Of a DNA stretch of 64,000 nt, positions 62,642 to 64,000 are shown piece by piece. Source of the DNA: Dehalococcoidia bacterium (lineage in GTDB: Bacteria; Chloroflexota; Dehalococcoidia; Lucifugimonadales; UBA3495); NCBI GenBank assembly GCA_965201145.1, contig CBDAVT010000001.1:106-64105 (forward strand), given 5' to 3'. The position numbers were made by a program, and so were the translations under genes. Under the pieces are notes generated by a model. It was not told the DNA's origin and did no database searches. It was given only the letters and a program-made list of their open reading frames with translations. Numbering within the stretch: position 1 is the first letter of the stretch; every line of letters starts with the position of its first letter.

Positions 62642-63517
62642 CTAGGCCGGATCGGTTAGCCGCCGCGGCCACATACTGCCGGCCCAGGAATGAGCCATAA
62701 TCCCCAGTTTCTCGGGAGTAGAGAGGCTAACCCGGTGATTAAATACGTCATAGTCGGAGGATTCGATCCGGTCCAGCAGCTTGCTGTAAATTCTCCCTAA
62801 CACACTGGCGCAGGCGCGCGCCCGGGGGGTGAGGTAGGGCAGCAACTGGAAGCCGCTCTGGAAATAGTCCCGGGCCCGCTGGGTCTGGAATTGCATCAAG
62901 TCCTGGAAGGCGCCGTTGAACCGGCCGGAAAGCAGGTCTTCTTCCGAATACCCGAAACGCGCCAGCTCATCTTGCGGTAAATAGATGCGGCCAAATTCCA
63001 GGTCTTCCTTCACATCCCGCGCGATGTTGGTTAGCTGCATCGCCAGGCCCAGGTCAATGGCATGAGTTTTGGCTTGCTCACCGGTAGCCCCGACAATGTA
63101 AACGCAGATGAGGCCAACCGCCGATGCCACCTGATAGCAGTACTGGCGAAGCTCCTCAAAGTTCGGGTAACGGGTTTTGACCAAATCCGTTTCCATCCCC
63201 GACAGAATGTCCCCGAAATACTCCTGAGGGATATTGCACTGGCGGGCAACCTGGGACAGGGCCAGAAAGACGGGTTCATCCGACTGGCCCCGGTAACATC
63301 GGTCCAACATATCCCTTAATTCGGCCAGGCGCTGCAGTTTTTCCTCGACCGGAGCTTCCGAGTCCACCGCATCGTCGCAATAACGGCAAAAAGCATAGGC
63401 GACATAGAAGGCCATTCGCTGCCGGGGAGGCAGCAAGACGAAGGCATAGTAAAAATTCCTGGCCTGCCGCCGGGTAATTTCCCGGCACTCGGCGTAAGCC
63501 GCGTCCAGATTAATCAC
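62642..63517 (-). CDS. hpnD: Presqualene diphosphate synthase HpnD (phytoene/squalene synthase family)
   Basis: NFYYAF, YAFCRYCDDAVD, QLTNIARDVKED, GRIYLP; GTG start at 63517 inferred from the RBS. Confidence 0.85.
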   Translation of the reverse strand: MINLDAAYAECREITRRQARNFYYAFVLLPPRQRMAFYVAYAFCRYCDDAVDSEAPVEEKLQRLAELRDMLDRCYRGQSDEPVFLALSQVARQCNIPQEYFGDILSGMETDLVKTRYPNFEELRQYCYQVASAVGLICVYIVGATGEQAKTHAIDLGLAMQLTNIARDVKEDLEFGRIYLPQDELARFGYSEEDLLSGRFNGAFQDLMQFQTQRARDYFQSGFQLLPYLTPRARACASVLGRIYSKLLDRIESSDYDVFNHRVSLSTPEKLGIMAHSWAGSMWPRRLTDPA

Positions 63518-63565
63518 TACAACCTCGCATTTCCGCAGCAATAAATTGCAACACTGCAACTGCCT

Positions 63566-64000
63566 CTAGGGAAATCCGGCCTTGTCAGCAGCGCGGGGGC
63601 CCGGCAGTCGGAAGCCCAACCCCATTTTCCAGCTGAGCCAGGTGGACAGGAACAGCCCGGCCTTTTTCGCACGGGACAAAGAAGGGCGGCCGGTCAAAAC
63701 ATCATATCCCTGTTTGCGTATGGCCTCAAGCACTGCCACCCCGCCCCGGGTAAAAAGGGCTACATCCAGGCGGGCAACACCGTCCAGGGTTGACGCCAGA
63801 GGCGCGCCTTCGCGAAACAGGTCCATCGTCCGCTCCACCTGAAATGCCATCAACCGTCGGAAGTTGGCAGTGCAACTACCGGAGGCCAGTTCCGCCTCAG
63901 TACAGCCAAAGCGTTCCAGGTCCTCCAGCGGCAAATAGATTCGCCCCATCCGATAGTCCCGCGCTACATCTTGCCAGAAGTTAGCCAACTGAAGGGCGGT
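63566..64000 (-). CDS. hpnC: Squalene synthase HpnC, C-terminal part (5' end outside window)
   Basis: LQLANFWQDV..D...GRIYLP, HpnC-type motif. Confidence 0.85.
   Translation of the reverse strand, partial: TALQLANFWQDVARDYRMGRIYLPLEDLERFGCTEAELASGSCTANFRRLMAFQVERTMDLFREGAPLASTLDGVARLDVALFTRGGVAVLEAIRKQGYDVLTGRPSLSRAKKAGLFLSTWLSWKMGLGFRLPGPRAADKAGFP

Overview
A GC-rich bacterial window. Gene content and order suggest Chloroflexota/Dehalococcoidia, possibly SAR202-like (inference: str operon without tuf, type-2 IleRS, F420-type PPOX, aryl-sulfotransferase, hpnCDE). Most of it is housekeeping: sbcC, mutM, ileS, thiD, the str/S10/spc/alpha ribosomal superoperon to rpsI, ccdA, a phosphohexomutase, a SAM-I riboswitch operon (mtnA-ASST-mtnP-rhodanese-ahcY-metK), argJ-argB-UPF0182-argD-argG, and hpnC-hpnD-hpnE. 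Five things stand out. (1) A 682-aa triple fusion of a DapA-family Schiff-base aldolase, an MfnB (methanofuran furan synthase)-like barrel and a TusA-like sulfur carrier, with its own promoter, followed by DUF1326 and DUF2277 genes. (2) A broken NYN ribonuclease gene facing a predicted small RNA built from two 36-nt hairpin repeats with its own convergent sigma70 promoter. (3) A 183-bp ISAs1-like MITE that splits a large FN3/RCC1 surface-protein gene. (4) An aryl-sulfate sulfotransferase and a rhodanese inside the SAM-riboswitch operon. (5) A non-canonical GIHH motif in IleRS. All calls come from reading the sequence; no database searches were run.
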